Assembly: GCA_963702475.1 (NCBI GenBank)
Contig: CAVPCT010000007.1
Location: 22,202 to 86,201 of the forward strand
Origin: an uncultured Thermoleophilia bacterium
Lineage (GTDB): Bacteria > Actinomycetota > Thermoleophilia > UBA2241
Reading direction: 5' to 3'
Length of the DNA: 64,000 nucleotides
Numbering within the stretch: position 1 is the first letter of the stretch; every line of letters begins with the position of its first letter. This document shows, piece after piece, positions 1 through 9,585 of the stretch. The notes under the pieces were generated by a model that was not told the DNA's origin, did not search any database, and saw only the letters and a list, made by a program, of their open reading frames with translations. Position numbers and translations under genes: made by a program.

Positions 1-76
1 GTGCCACATCGCCAGCATGCCGGTGGCCGTGAACGTGCAGTGCCACGCGCAGCGCCACAAGACGGCCGAGCTCTGA
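1..76 (+). CDS. Class I Fe-S fumarate hydratase/tartrate dehydratase alpha subunit, C-terminal end (truncated by window edge)
   Basis: Frame 2 reads CHIASMPVAVNVQCHAQRHKTAEL*, the conserved C-terminus of the alpha subunit; the beta subunit follows directly. Confidence 0.85.
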   Translation, partial: CHIASMPVAVNVQCHAQRHKTAEL

Positions 77-89
77 GAGGGGAGGAGAG

Positions 90-644
90 ATGGGCAAGAA
101 GGTCACGACTCCCCTGACGGACGAGGCCGTCAAGGACCTGCGCGCCGGTGACGCCGTGGAGATCACCGGCGTCATCTACCAGGCGCGCGACGCGGCCCAC
201 AAGCGGCTCGTCGCGCTCATCGAGAGCGGCGAGGAGCTGCCGTTCGAGCTCGAGGGCGCCGTGGTGTACTACATGGGGCCGAGCCCGGCCAAGCCCGGCC
301 ACGTGATCGGCTCGGCCGGGCCCACCACCAGCGGCCGCATGGACGCCTACACGCCGCTGCTGCTGGAGCACGGCCTGAAGGGCATGGTCGGCAAAGGCCT
401 GCGGACGGCCGAGGTCAAGGCCGCGATGCAGGAGCACCCGGCGGTGTACTTCGCCGCCACCGGAGGTGCCGGCGCCCTGCTGGCCCAGCGCATCGTGGCC
501 AACGAGGTCATCGCCTGGCCGGAGCTGGGCGCCGAGGCGGTGGCGCGGCTGGAGGTCGTCGACTTCCCCGCCATCGTCGTCAACGACTGCTACGGCGGGG
601 ACCTGTACGAGGAGGGCCGCGCGGAGTACGCGAAGAACGTCTGA
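90..644 (+). CDS. Class I fumarate hydratase/tartrate dehydratase beta subunit
   Basis: Motifs ARDAAHKR, YYMGP, GPTTSGRMD, GKG, GGAGALLA; RBS GGAGGAG. Confidence 0.92.
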   Translation: MGKKVTTPLTDEAVKDLRAGDAVEITGVIYQARDAAHKRLVALIESGEELPFELEGAVVYYMGPSPAKPGHVIGSAGPTTSGRMDAYTPLLLEHGLKGMVGKGLRTAEVKAAMQEHPAVYFAATGGAGALLAQRIVANEVIAWPELGAEAVARLEVVDFPAIVVNDCYGGDLYEEGRAEYAKNV

Positions 645-864
645 GCGGTCGGCCGGGCCGGCGCGCTCGAGAGCGGCCGGCTCCCCACCGACTTGTCACC
701 GCCGCGGGTCGATCGTCATCCTTGCAGCGGATTTCGTCACGAGCGAGCATGAGGACATGACCCGTTCGGCGGGACATCGCTCACCCGCCACCAGGACTCG
801 TCCGCGTGCTGTTGCACAATGCAACCAGCCCGGGTACTCTTCCGACAGAGGAGAGGAGAGACCC

Positions 865-1128
865 ATGGCCATCCTGCACGTCCGCGGCGTCCCCGACGAG
901 CTGCACGAGTTGCTCCGCAAGCGTGCCGCCGCACATCATCGATCGTTGTCCGCGGAAGTGGTCGCGCTGTTGGATCGTGCCACCGGCAGGGACGACACCG
1001 CCGAGCGGTGGCGTGAGGGGCTGGATCGGCTCGAGGCTATCCGCCGGAGGTCGAAGCCGGGGCCCAAGGGCTACGCTGCAGATCTGATTCGCGAGATGCG
1101 TGGTGAAATCGGTCCCCCCGGCCGCTAG
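865..1128 (+). CDS. FitA/VapB-like ribbon-helix-helix antitoxin
   Basis: MAILHVRGVPDELHELLRKRAAAHHRSLSAEV matches the FitA-type RHH; RBS GAGGAG; overlaps a PIN toxin. Confidence 0.85.
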   Translation: MAILHVRGVPDELHELLRKRAAAHHRSLSAEVVALLDRATGRDDTAERWREGLDRLEAIRRRSKPGPKGYAADLIREMRGEIGPPGR

Positions 1129-1552
1129 CGCGGTCGTCGACGCAAGCATTGCGTTGGCCTTCGTCCTCGACGAGAGGGACGAAGTCGAAGCTGCTCGAAT
1201 CAGGACGCTCCTGTCGAGAGCGCCCGGAAGGCCTGTCGTGGCGACTCACTTCGACATGGAGTGCGCCAACGGGCTGGTCAAGGCCGTCAGACGCGGTCGG
1301 ATCGCGGTTGATGATGCGTTCGAAGCGCTGCTGGTGCTTCAGGACTTGCCGTTCGAGCACGCCCAGCCAGCGGCAGGCGAGATCGACGCCTTCAGGGTCG
1401 CCATCGAGGGGGAGCTGTCCGCGTACGACGCGGCGTACGTAGCGCTCTCCGATGAGCTCGGCCTGTCGCTCGTGACTGCGGACGCGCGACTCGTGCGCGC
1501 CCTCGCCGGCACGGAGCACGACGTGAGGCTTCTCGACGACCTGGATCTCTGA
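1100..1552 (+). CDS. vapC: PIN-domain VapC toxin
   Basis: VVDASIA, E, SAYDAAYVAL and LVTADARL PIN motifs. Confidence 0.88.
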   Translation: MVKSVPPAASAVVDASIALAFVLDERDEVEAARIRTLLSRAPGRPVVATHFDMECANGLVKAVRRGRIAVDDAFEALLVLQDLPFEHAQPAAGEIDAFRVAIEGELSAYDAAYVALSDELGLSLVTADARLVRALAGTEHDVRLLDDLDL

Positions 1553-1694
1553 GCGCCGCTCCGCGGCGCGACTCGCCGGCGCGGGCTCCCGGTGCTGGGC
1601 CCGCGCCGCTTCGGCTCTGACCTGCGAACATCGCCTATGGCGCGGACGGCTTGCCCCGGCCCGACGGATACAATGTACTCATGGGGGAGGAGTC

Positions 1695-2270
1695 ATGACC
1701 GCCTGGGTGTTCGCCGTCGGCCTCATGTTGGGCCTCGGTAACGTCGTCGGCATCCGTCCGTCGCTGACGCTCGCCATCCTCGGCATCGTCTCGCGTCTGG
1801 GGTGGGGCCCGGGGCTCAACGCCGAGTTCTCGTTCCTGAGCCACTGGCTGGCCATCATCATCTTCGTGGTCCTGGCCATCTTCGAGTCGAGCTTCGACAA
1901 GATCCCCAAGCTCGACCGCTTGCAGGGCCGCCTGACGATGCCGTATCGCGTGGCCGTCGGCGCCATCGCCGGCGCCGCCACCATCCACCTCGGCTGGCAG
2001 GGCATCCTCGCCGGTGTGCTGGTCGGAGGGGCGAGCGCCTGGTTCGCCCAGTTCGTCAAACGTCTCACGCGGCCCCGCACTGTCCCGAGCGACAACGTCC
2101 TCACGCTGCTCAGCACGTGGGAGGACCTCGCGGCGCTCGCCGGCACCCTGCTCACGCTGTTCATCGCGCCGGTCGGGTACGGCATCGCCGCGTTCACGGG
2201 CGGCGTGTGGTGGCGCATGCGCTCGCGGCGGCTGGCCAAGTACCGCGAGCTCGACGGCGGCGGTTCCTGA
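1695..2270 (+). CDS. DUF4126-like membrane protein
   Basis: Hydrophobic; GIRPSL, E..DKIPKLD, STWEDL pattern; RBS GGAGGAG; TACAAT at 1669-1674. Confidence 0.7.
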   Translation: MTAWVFAVGLMLGLGNVVGIRPSLTLAILGIVSRLGWGPGLNAEFSFLSHWLAIIIFVVLAIFESSFDKIPKLDRLQGRLTMPYRVAVGAIAGAATIHLGWQGILAGVLVGGASAWFAQFVKRLTRPRTVPSDNVLTLLSTWEDLAALAGTLLTLFIAPVGYGIAAFTGGVWWRMRSRRLAKYRELDGGGS

Positions 2271-2301
2271 TGGCGACGCGCGGCGACACTCGAGGGGACG
2301 G

Positions 2302-3063
2302 ATGAGCGACGCTTCTTCGGAGATGGGCGTGCGTCGCCAGCGCATGGTCCGGGACCAGATCGTCGCGCGCGGCCTGCGCGACGAGGCGGTGCTCGCCGCG
2401 ATGCGCTCGGTGCCGCGTCACCTGTTCGTGCCCGGCTACCTGGAGGACGAGGCGTACGGAGACACCCCGCTGCCCATCGGGTACGGGCAGACCATCTCGC
2501 AGCCCTACATGGTCGCGCTGATGACGGCGCTGCTGAAGGTCGACGTGCGCAGCAAGGTGCTCGAGGTGGGGTCGGGTAGCGGGTACCAGACGGCCGTGCT
2601 CTCAGAGATCGCGGGCCGGGTGTTCGCCGTCGAGCTGCTCGCGCCGCTGGCGGAGGGGGCACGGCGCGTTCTGGCCCGGCTCGGGTACGACAACGCGCGC
2701 ACGGCGATCGGCGACGGCACCCGTGGCTGGCGGGAGCAGGCGCCGTTCGACGCCGTTCTCGTCGCCGCGGCCGCGAAGGAAACCCCGCACGAGCTGCTGG
2801 AGCAGCTGGCGGACGGCGGCCGTCTGGTGATCCCCCTCGGCAAACCGCATCGCGATCAAGTGCTCTCGGTGTTCGAGCGACAGGGCGACGCGTGGACGCA
2901 GCGGCGTGACACACCGTGCCGCTTCGTGCCGCTACTACGGGACGGTGAGCCCGAGGTGGTGGCTGGCGGCAGCGTGGCGGCCGGGCCCATCCCGAGTCCC
3001 GGCCGCCGGACCTGGCGCATCGAGCGCCCCGACCCGGGGGCAGGATACGAGGAGGGACCGCAG
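2302..3063 (+). CDS. pcm: Protein-L-isoaspartate O-methyltransferase (runs in frame into acyP as sequenced)
   Basis: VPRHLFVP, GQTISQPYMVA, VLEVGSGSGYQ, GDGTRGW, APFDAV, CRFVPL. Confidence 0.92.
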
Positions 3064-3333
3064 GTGAAGTCGGTGTCGGCGCGCGTGAGCGGCCGTGTGC
3101 AAGGCGTGTACTACAGGGCCAGCGCGGCCCGCGAGGGCGAGCGTCTGCGCCTGCAGGGCTGGGTGCGCAACGAGCGCGACGGATCGGTGGTCGTGCGCGT
3201 TCAGGGGCCGGAGGAGGCCGTGGACGCTCTGCTGGCCTGGTGCCGCGTCGGGCCGCCGGCGGCGCACGTGGACCGCGTCGAGGTTGAGGACGTCCCCGCC
3301 GACGAGACCCTGCACGCATTCGAGGTGCGCTAG
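3064..3333 (+). CDS. acyP: Acylphosphatase
   Basis: VSGRVQGVYYR, GWVRNERDGSV, GPPAAHV; own RBS GGAGGG before GTG 3064; ends in TAG. Confidence 0.88.
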   Translation: MKSVSARVSGRVQGVYYRASAAREGERLRLQGWVRNERDGSVVVRVQGPEEAVDALLAWCRVGPPAAHVDRVEVEDVPADETLHAFEVR

Positions 3334-4008
3334 ATGGCCGAGGTCCGGGTCGTGACGCTGGAGGACGTGCGTCACGACCACGAGGTCCGGGTCTTCATCG
3401 ACAAGGCCGACGAGAAGCTCGGGGTGCTCGGGTACACCGAGCATGGGCCGCGGCACGCGAGCGTCGTGGCGAGCATCGCGCACAAGGTGCTCACCCAGCT
3501 CGGGCGGCCAGAGCGCGAAGCCGAGCTGGCCGCGATCGCCGGCTACCTGCACGACGTGGGCAACGGCATCAACCGGCTTGACCACGGCATCGCCGCGGCT
3601 CTCTTCAGCCGCCATGTGCTCGGGCGTCTGGGCATGCCGGCGGAGGAGTACGCCGAGGTCATGTGCGCCATCGGCAATCACGAGGAGGAGTACGGCGAGG
3701 CGGTGAGCCCATTGGCGGCGGCCGTGATCCTGGGGGACAAGTCCGACGTGCACCGCAGCCGCGTGCGCGTGATCGACCCGGCCACCGGTGATATCCACGA
3801 TCGCGTCAACATGGCCACCACGCTCTCCAACCTGCAGGTGGACGGTGCCGGTCGCACCATCACGCTGGAGCTCGAGATAGACACCGCGATCATCCAGGTC
3901 ATGCACTACTTCGAGATCTTCCTGGCGCGCATGGTGATGTGCCGCAGGGCGGCCGCTTTCCTGGGGTGCACGTTCGAGATCGTCATCAACGGCGATCGCA
4001 TCCTGTAG
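3334..4008 (+). CDS. HD-domain phosphohydrolase
   Basis: YTEHG.RH, GYLHDVGN, GNHEE, DKSDVHRSRV. Confidence 0.85.
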   Translation: MAEVRVVTLEDVRHDHEVRVFIDKADEKLGVLGYTEHGPRHASVVASIAHKVLTQLGRPEREAELAAIAGYLHDVGNGINRLDHGIAAALFSRHVLGRLGMPAEEYAEVMCAIGNHEEEYGEAVSPLAAAVILGDKSDVHRSRVRVIDPATGDIHDRVNMATTLSNLQVDGAGRTITLELEIDTAIIQVMHYFEIFLARMVMCRRAAAFLGCTFEIVINGDRIL

Positions 4009-4070
4009 GCCGGCTCGCGCGGGGCGCTGTAGACTTGCGCACGGCATGGTGAGCGAGCGGAGGTGTCACG

Positions 4071-4412
4071 GTGGGTGCAGGCAGAGCTGAGAGGCTGGCG
4101 GCGAAAGCCGAGAAGCGGGCGGCACGGCGTGGCCGCCGCGGCGGGTTGCTGCTCGGCATCGCCGCAGGCGTGGCGATAGGGATGCTCGTCGCTCCCAAGA
4201 GCGGCAAGGAGACGCGCGCCGTGCTGTTCGGCGAAGGCGGGCTGGGCGCCCAGGTCGACAGGTTCCGGGGCGCCCTCGGCGCCGGCAAGGACTCCGCCGC
4301 CGACCAGTCCGAGGTCCTGCGGGTGAAGATCGAGGAGACGCGCGAGCGGCTGCGCCGCCAGATGGACCTCGGGGGCGAGGAAGCGACGTCCGGCCCCGCG
4401 GATGCGGGCTGA
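4071..4412 (+). CDS. YtxH-domain protein
   Basis: GLLLGIAAGVAIGMLVAPKSGKETR signature; RBS GGAGGT. Confidence 0.8.
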   Translation: MGAGRAERLAAKAEKRAARRGRRGGLLLGIAAGVAIGMLVAPKSGKETRAVLFGEGGLGAQVDRFRGALGAGKDSAADQSEVLRVKIEETRERLRRQMDLGGEEATSGPADAG

Positions 4413-5289
4413 CGGCCGGCGCACGCTCGACCGTCTGCTCGCGGCGACGGTGGCGCTGGATCTGACCGCCGCCGCCGCTGCCCTGTACATGCTGCACGAG
4501 GCGCAGTGGGTGCGCAGCGTCGACCGTGCTCTGCCGGCGCCGGGAGTCGCCGACGATCTGGACGGCCTCGTCATCGTGCAGCTGTCCGACTTCCACGCGG
4601 GGTTCCGCCCCAGCCTCAACCTGCGCGCCACGCGTAAGGCGGTCGACCTGGCCCTTGCGGCGCACCCCGACCTGGTCGTCCTCACCGGTGACTTCGCAGG
4701 CGGGCCGTACGGCTACGAGGCCCTGCGAGGCCAGCTCCGCCGCCTCACGGCGGCGGCGCCCCTCGGCGTGATCGCCGTGCTGGGCAACCACGACCATGGG
4801 CACAGCAAGGCGCCGTTCGTGCGCGCCACCGACCCGCGCCTCTTCGCGGCCTGCGGCATCCGCCTGCTCGTCAACGAGACGGCGATGGTCACACGCGGCG
4901 GCGGGGTGGTGCAGGTAGCCGGCATCGACGACACCGACGGCGGCCACGACGACCTGCCGGCGGTGCTCGCGAAGCTCGACCGCCGGCCCGGCGTGCTGCG
5001 CCTGCTCCTCACGCACCACGGCAACGCCGTCGTCGGGACCCGGCCCGGGGACTTCCATCAGACCTTCGCCGGCGACACGCACGGCGGCCAGATCTGCCTG
5101 CCGCTGCCGGGCCGCCGCATCCTGCTCAGCAATCTGCGAGCGCGGTACGCCGAGGGCGCCTATGACGTCGGCGGCCGGCCTCTGTACGTCACGCGCGGCG
5201 TCGGCACGAGCCTGCTGCCGTTCCGCGCGTTCTGCCGGCCGGAGGTCGTGGTGTTCCACGTGCTCACCGGCCGGGAGGAGTCGGCGTGA
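4402..5289 (+). CDS. Metallophosphoesterase (YkuE/YaeI-like)
   Basis: SDFH, TGDF, LGNHDH, THGGQI, TRGVG calcineurin-like motifs. Confidence 0.88.
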   Translation: MRADGRRTLDRLLAATVALDLTAAAAALYMLHEAQWVRSVDRALPAPGVADDLDGLVIVQLSDFHAGFRPSLNLRATRKAVDLALAAHPDLVVLTGDFAGGPYGYEALRGQLRRLTAAAPLGVIAVLGNHDHGHSKAPFVRATDPRLFAACGIRLLVNETAMVTRGGGVVQVAGIDDTDGGHDDLPAVLAKLDRRPGVLRLLLTHHGNAVVGTRPGDFHQTFAGDTHGGQICLPLPGRRILLSNLRARYAEGAYDVGGRPLYVTRGVGTSLLPFRAFCRPEVVVFHVLTGREESA

Positions 5290-5627
5290 GCGGCCGGCTG
5301 TTCGCGGCGCTCGTCCTCATGCTTCTCGCGGCGGCGGGCGCCGTCCAGCTCGCCGCGTGCGGCGGCACGACGAGCGATCCTTTCGTCGGCTCGTGGTGGG
5401 AGCCCTCGTCCGGCCGGCGCGTGCAGGTGCAGGCCACCGGCGACGGCTACGAGGTGCTCATCGGCTCCAACCTGAAGGCGTCCCCGGCCACGAAGAGCGG
5501 CGCGGAGCTGCGCCTCACGGATCCCGAGCTCGGGCCCGTCGTGCTGAAGATCGCTTCGGACGACACACTCCAGCTCGTCGCCGGCGGAGCGGTGAGCATG
5601 TTGGAGCGCTCTCCCCAGCACCAGTAG
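5286..5627 (+). CDS. Hypothetical lipoprotein
   Basis: Hydrophobic signal peptide with LAAC-G lipobox; RBS GGAGGAG; GTGA overlap with upstream gene. Confidence 0.6.
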   Translation: MSGRLFAALVLMLLAAAGAVQLAACGGTTSDPFVGSWWEPSSGRRVQVQATGDGYEVLIGSNLKASPATKSGAELRLTDPELGPVVLKIASDDTLQLVAGGAVSMLERSPQHQ

Positions 5628-5679
5628 CCCGGCGCTTCTGCGCCGCGCGGTCTCCGGAGTCCGGCGCGCCGGCCGGGCG

Positions 5680-6885
5680 TCAGAGACGCGGCGCGAAGAA
5701 ACGGGCCAGCCGCGGCGCCACGCTGTCGATGGCCGCCGTCGGGCAGACCTCGGTACACGCGTAGCAGCGCACGCAGCGCCTGTCGTCGAACACCGGCAGC
5801 GGCTCCATGGTGATCGCCCCGGCGCCGCAGATCGTGGCGCAATCGCTACAGCGCGTGCACGTGTCGGGGGCCACGAGCACCGGCCGGGCGCTCAGGCGGT
5901 TGCGCGCGAAGCGGGTGAGGCCTGGCGGCACGCGCGAGCTCTCCTGCGTGTCGCGTGCCGCGGGTACGAACCCCACTTCGGCCGCGATGGGGTCGCCGGC
6001 GAGTGTGTACGGCCGGCGCAGGTCGACGGCGCCACGGCGTTCGGCGGCGGCGAGCACCCAGATGGTCCGGCGCTCGAAGCCGACGCGGTCGGCGAGCGCC
6101 GCGTCCAGTGCGACGGCGTCGCGGGCCGCGAACAGCGAGTCCAGGGCCCGCGGCGTCCCGCTCCCCGGGCCTTGCCCCTCCATGGCGATGATGGCATCGA
6201 TGATCGTGAAGCGCGGGCGCACCGCGAGGTGCAGGTCGAGCAGCATGTCGGCGAAATCCTCACGGCGATGAGCACGCACGTGCAGCTGGGCCTTGGTGAG
6301 CCCGGGGATGCAGCCGAAGGTGAGCTTGACGCCGCCGGTGAGGCGCATGAGCTGGTGCGTCTTGAGGACGCCGACCTGGACGATGGCGTCGGCGTCCAGG
6401 AACGCTCTGCCGACGGGGAACGACCTGAACAGGTGTCCGTGCGGGGCGTCGAGCACGACCGCGTCGTCCTCGACGTCGACGATCTGCACGCGCTCGGCCG
6501 TGCACACGTCGGTGAGCCCGCTCACGTGGTACGCACGCGCCACCTTGGCCGCGCCGTTGAGGCCGCCAGGGCTGTCGGCCACGAAGGGGCGCGCGCCGGC
6601 CGCCTTGAGCGCGCGCAGCACGGCGCCCAAGGTCTCGGGGTGCGTGCTCACGGCCCTCTCGGGGGGCGCGCCGCGCAGCAGGTTGATCTTCACGGCTACC
6701 CGCTCGCCCTCGGAGACGATGCCGCACCAACCTCCGAAGGGCTCGACGAGACGTGCCAGGGATGCGTCGAGCGACGGGCCGTGCGACGCCTTGACGTGGC
6801 ACACAGGCGGCGGGCCTGCGGCGGCCGCCCCGCCCGCGCTGCCCGCGGACTGGCCGTCGCGGGCCGGGTCGGACGGGTGGGTCAC
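5680..6885 (-). CDS. DUF362-domain protein with C-terminal 2x[4Fe-4S] ferredoxin
   Basis: VAVKINLL, THPE, LKTH...TGGVKL.FG, AMEGQGP; CxxCxxCxxxC twice. Confidence 0.88.
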   Translation of the reverse strand: MTHPSDPARDGQSAGSAGGAAAAGPPPVCHVKASHGPSLDASLARLVEPFGGWCGIVSEGERVAVKINLLRGAPPERAVSTHPETLGAVLRALKAAGARPFVADSPGGLNGAAKVARAYHVSGLTDVCTAERVQIVDVEDDAVVLDAPHGHLFRSFPVGRAFLDADAIVQVGVLKTHQLMRLTGGVKLTFGCIPGLTKAQLHVRAHRREDFADMLLDLHLAVRPRFTIIDAIIAMEGQGPGSGTPRALDSLFAARDAVALDAALADRVGFERRTIWVLAAAERRGAVDLRRPYTLAGDPIAAEVGFVPAARDTQESSRVPPGLTRFARNRLSARPVLVAPDTCTRCSDCATICGAGAITMEPLPVFDDRRCVRCYACTEVCPTAAIDSVAPRLARFFAPRL

Positions 6886-6907
6886 GGCGAGACGGGCGGC
6901 GCGACGG

Positions 6908-7189
6908 CTACTTGACGCAGCGCGCGTACTTGAGGAAGGCCTCGAGCGCCTTCTCCACGGCCTCCGGGGAGGCGGGCGGTTCGCCGTCGGCCTCCTCCGC
7001 GAGGCACTCCCGCATCTTGAGCGAGATGAGCAGCACCCCCACGCGGTCGAGCGCCGCCTTGGTGGCGGCCAGCTGCGTGAAGATCTCCTCGCAGGAGCGG
7101 CCTTCTTCGATCATCCGTTGCAGGCCGCGGGATTGCCCCTCGACCCGGCGCAGCCTGTTGATGAGGCGGCCGGCCTCGTCGCTGTCCAT
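6908..7189 (-). CDS. CsoR/RcnR (DUF156) family repressor, CstR-like x-C-x-C fingerprint
   Basis: INRLRRVEGQ..G..RMIEEGRSC..IFTQLAA..AAL; second Cys in KMREC with no His; RBS GGAGGAG. Confidence 0.88.
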   Translation of the reverse strand: MDSDEAGRLINRLRRVEGQSRGLQRMIEEGRSCEEIFTQLAATKAALDRVGVLLISLKMRECLAEEADGEPPASPEAVEKALEAFLKYARCVK

Positions 7190-7207
7190 GAGCTCCTCCA
7201 CAGCCCG

Positions 7208-7236
7208 ACTATACCCCCCGGGGGGATACCGGACAA
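7208..7236 (-). promoter_or_regulatory. Sigma-70-type promoter with a CsoR-family C-tract/G-tract operator in the spacer
   Basis: Minus strand TTGTCC-17 nt-TATAGT; spacer contains ATACCCCCCGGGGGGAT. Confidence 0.75.
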
Positions 7237-7398
7237 TACTGCCGGGGCGCGGGTTGCGCTGCGTGGCAGGACTACCGCAAGTGGCCCTGGTCGTACCGAC
7301 GTGGAAAGGTGGCCTCGGTCCGACCGAGACTGGGTCGGCCGGCACTCGGGTGGGCTTCGGCCCGCGCGGACGAGGGCCCGCTCGCGGGCGGACGGTGC

Positions 7399-8271
7399 TC
7401 AGCCCGTCGGGACGAGGCCGGCAGGGTGATCCAGGCCGGTCAGACAGTCGAGGCCGGCCAGGATCTCGTCGGGCACCGGTTCGCCCGCGGCCGCGACGCC
7501 GAGCCGGATGCCCGGCTTGACGCGGCCGTGGTAGTCGGAGCCGCCGGTGGGGGCCAGCGCGTAGCGCTCGGCGAGCTCCGTGCACAAGGCCACCATGCGC
7601 TCGTCGTGCAACGGGTACAGCACCTCGAGGCCGGCCAGGCCGAGGCGGGCGGCTTCGCGGACGATGTGCTCGAGGCCGGCGGCGTCGGTGCGGATGATGC
7701 CGGGGTGGGCGATCACCGGCAGGCCGTCGGAGGCTCGCAGCAGACGTATGGCGGCACCGAGCGCCAGCCGGCGGCGGTCGACCCAGGCCGGCGCTCCCCG
7801 CTTCAGGAAGCGCGTGAAGGCATCGGACACCGACTCGGCGTAGCCCAGGCGCACCATGGCCTCGCCGATGTGCGGCCGGCCCACGGCGCCGCCGCCGGCC
7901 GCCTCCGCCAGGTCGCCGGCGCCGATGGGGTACCCCAGTTCGGCGAGTCGCGCCAGGATGCGCGCGTTGCGTTCGTCGCGGTATCGGCGCAGCCCAGCGA
8001 GCTCCTCCTCCAGCTCCAGGCTCGGCGCGCCGGCGAGGAAGTAGCCGAGCACGTCCAGGGTCACCTGCTCGTGCTCGCAGTTGATCTCGACGCCGGGGAC
8101 GACGCGTACCCCGAGGCGCTCACCGGCGGCCAGCGCCTCGGGTAGCCCGTCGACCGTGTCGTGGTCGGTCACCGCCAGGGCGCTCAGCCCCAGGTCCGCG
8201 GCCGCCTCCACGAGCTCCGTGGGCGTGAGCGTGCCGTCCGAGAACGTGGTATGTGTGTGCAGGTCGATCAC
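7399..8271 (-). CDS. PHP-domain phosphoesterase (TrpH/YciV-like)
   Basis: DLHTHTTFSDG, AVTDHD, GVE, GRPH, AHP, GGSDYHG. Confidence 0.9.
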   Translation of the reverse strand: MIDLHTHTTFSDGTLTPTELVEAAADLGLSALAVTDHDTVDGLPEALAAGERLGVRVVPGVEINCEHEQVTLDVLGYFLAGAPSLELEEELAGLRRYRDERNARILARLAELGYPIGAGDLAEAAGGGAVGRPHIGEAMVRLGYAESVSDAFTRFLKRGAPAWVDRRRLALGAAIRLLRASDGLPVIAHPGIIRTDAAGLEHIVREAARLGLAGLEVLYPLHDERMVALCTELAERYALAPTGGSDYHGRVKPGIRLGVAAAGEPVPDEILAGLDCLTGLDHPAGLVPTG

Positions 8272-8513
8272 GGTCCTTAACCTACCCCACGTCAGTCCTC
8301 GGCCCGGCGCGCCGGGCCGTGCGGCGTCGGAGCATCGCCCTCACCGCGCCGGGCCGTGCGCTGCGCACGCATCGCCCGCAACGTGCCGGCCCGTCCGTCG
8401 CTCTCACGCCGTCCCGGGGTTGACCCGGCGGCCTTCGGGTAGAACGCTGACAACGCGCGGTCCGTCTTCGTCGCCGCGCCCCCGTCCCGTCCTCGCGTCA
8501 CCGGAGGTCCGCC

Positions 8514-9554
8514 ATGCGCGTCGGCATGATCGCCCCGCCCTGGTTCCCCCTGCCGCCGCAGCGCTACGGCGGCATCGAGTTCGTGGTGAGCCTGCTCACC
8601 GAGGGGCTGGTGAAGCACGGGCACGACGTGACGCTGTTCGCCAGCGGCGACTCCCGTACCAAGGCCGACCTCAGCTACATCTTCGCGCGCGCGCCCTTCG
8701 AGCAGATCGAGAGCGGCGGCCACCTCGAGGTGGTGCACAGCTTGGCCGCCTACACGCAGGCGCACGAGTTCGACGTGATCCACGACCACGACGGGCTCGC
8801 CAGCAGGGCCATGGGCGCGCTGGTCCACAGCCTCATCGGCACGCCGGTCGTGGCCACGCTCCACGGACCGGCCGACGCCACCACGGTCGAGCTGCTGTCG
8901 TCGCTGCGCCACGACCTCGCCTTCATCGCCATCTCGGAGTACCAGCGCAACGGCTTCCCCGACCTGCACTTCGTGGGGACGATCCCCAACGCCGTGGACG
9001 TGGAGCACATGCCGTTCGAGACGCAGAAGGAGGATTTCTTCCTGTTCATCGGGCGCATGTCGGCCGACAAGGGCGCGCACAGCGCCATCGAGGTGGCGCG
9101 CCGCCTGGACGCGCGCCTCATCATGGCCGGAAAGGTCAACGAGGGGCCGGAGCGCGCCTACTACGCGGAGCGGGTCGAGCCGTTCCTCTCCGACCGCATC
9201 CACTTCCGCGGGGAGGTGGACCACGACACCAAGATGGAGCTGTACAAGCGGGCGCGCTGCACGCTGTTCCCCATCCAGTGGCCGGAGCCGTTCGGGCTCG
9301 TGATGATCGAGTCCATGGCGTGCGGCACGCCGGTGATCGCCATGCGCCACGGGTCGGTGCCCGAGGTCGTCGAGCACGGCCGCACCGGCTTCATCGTCGA
9401 CACCGTGGACGAGATGGTGGAGGCGGCGGGGCGCATCGACGAGATCGACCCTGCGGAGTGCCGCAAGGTGGTGGAGGAGCGCTTCGGCATCGACCACTTC
9501 GTGGCCCAGCACGAGGCCGCCTACCGACAGCTGCTCGGCGAGCAGCCGGCCTGA
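8514..9554 (+). CDS. Glycosyltransferase family 4
   Basis: PPQRYGGIE, FIGRMSADKG, EPFGLVMIESMACGTPV. Confidence 0.92.
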   Translation: MRVGMIAPPWFPLPPQRYGGIEFVVSLLTEGLVKHGHDVTLFASGDSRTKADLSYIFARAPFEQIESGGHLEVVHSLAAYTQAHEFDVIHDHDGLASRAMGALVHSLIGTPVVATLHGPADATTVELLSSLRHDLAFIAISEYQRNGFPDLHFVGTIPNAVDVEHMPFETQKEDFFLFIGRMSADKGAHSAIEVARRLDARLIMAGKVNEGPERAYYAERVEPFLSDRIHFRGEVDHDTKMELYKRARCTLFPIQWPEPFGLVMIESMACGTPVIAMRHGSVPEVVEHGRTGFIVDTVDEMVEAAGRIDEIDPAECRKVVEERFGIDHFVAQHEAAYRQLLGEQPA

Positions 9555-9585
9555 GGCGGCCCGGAACGCCCGGAAGGTCACACCG

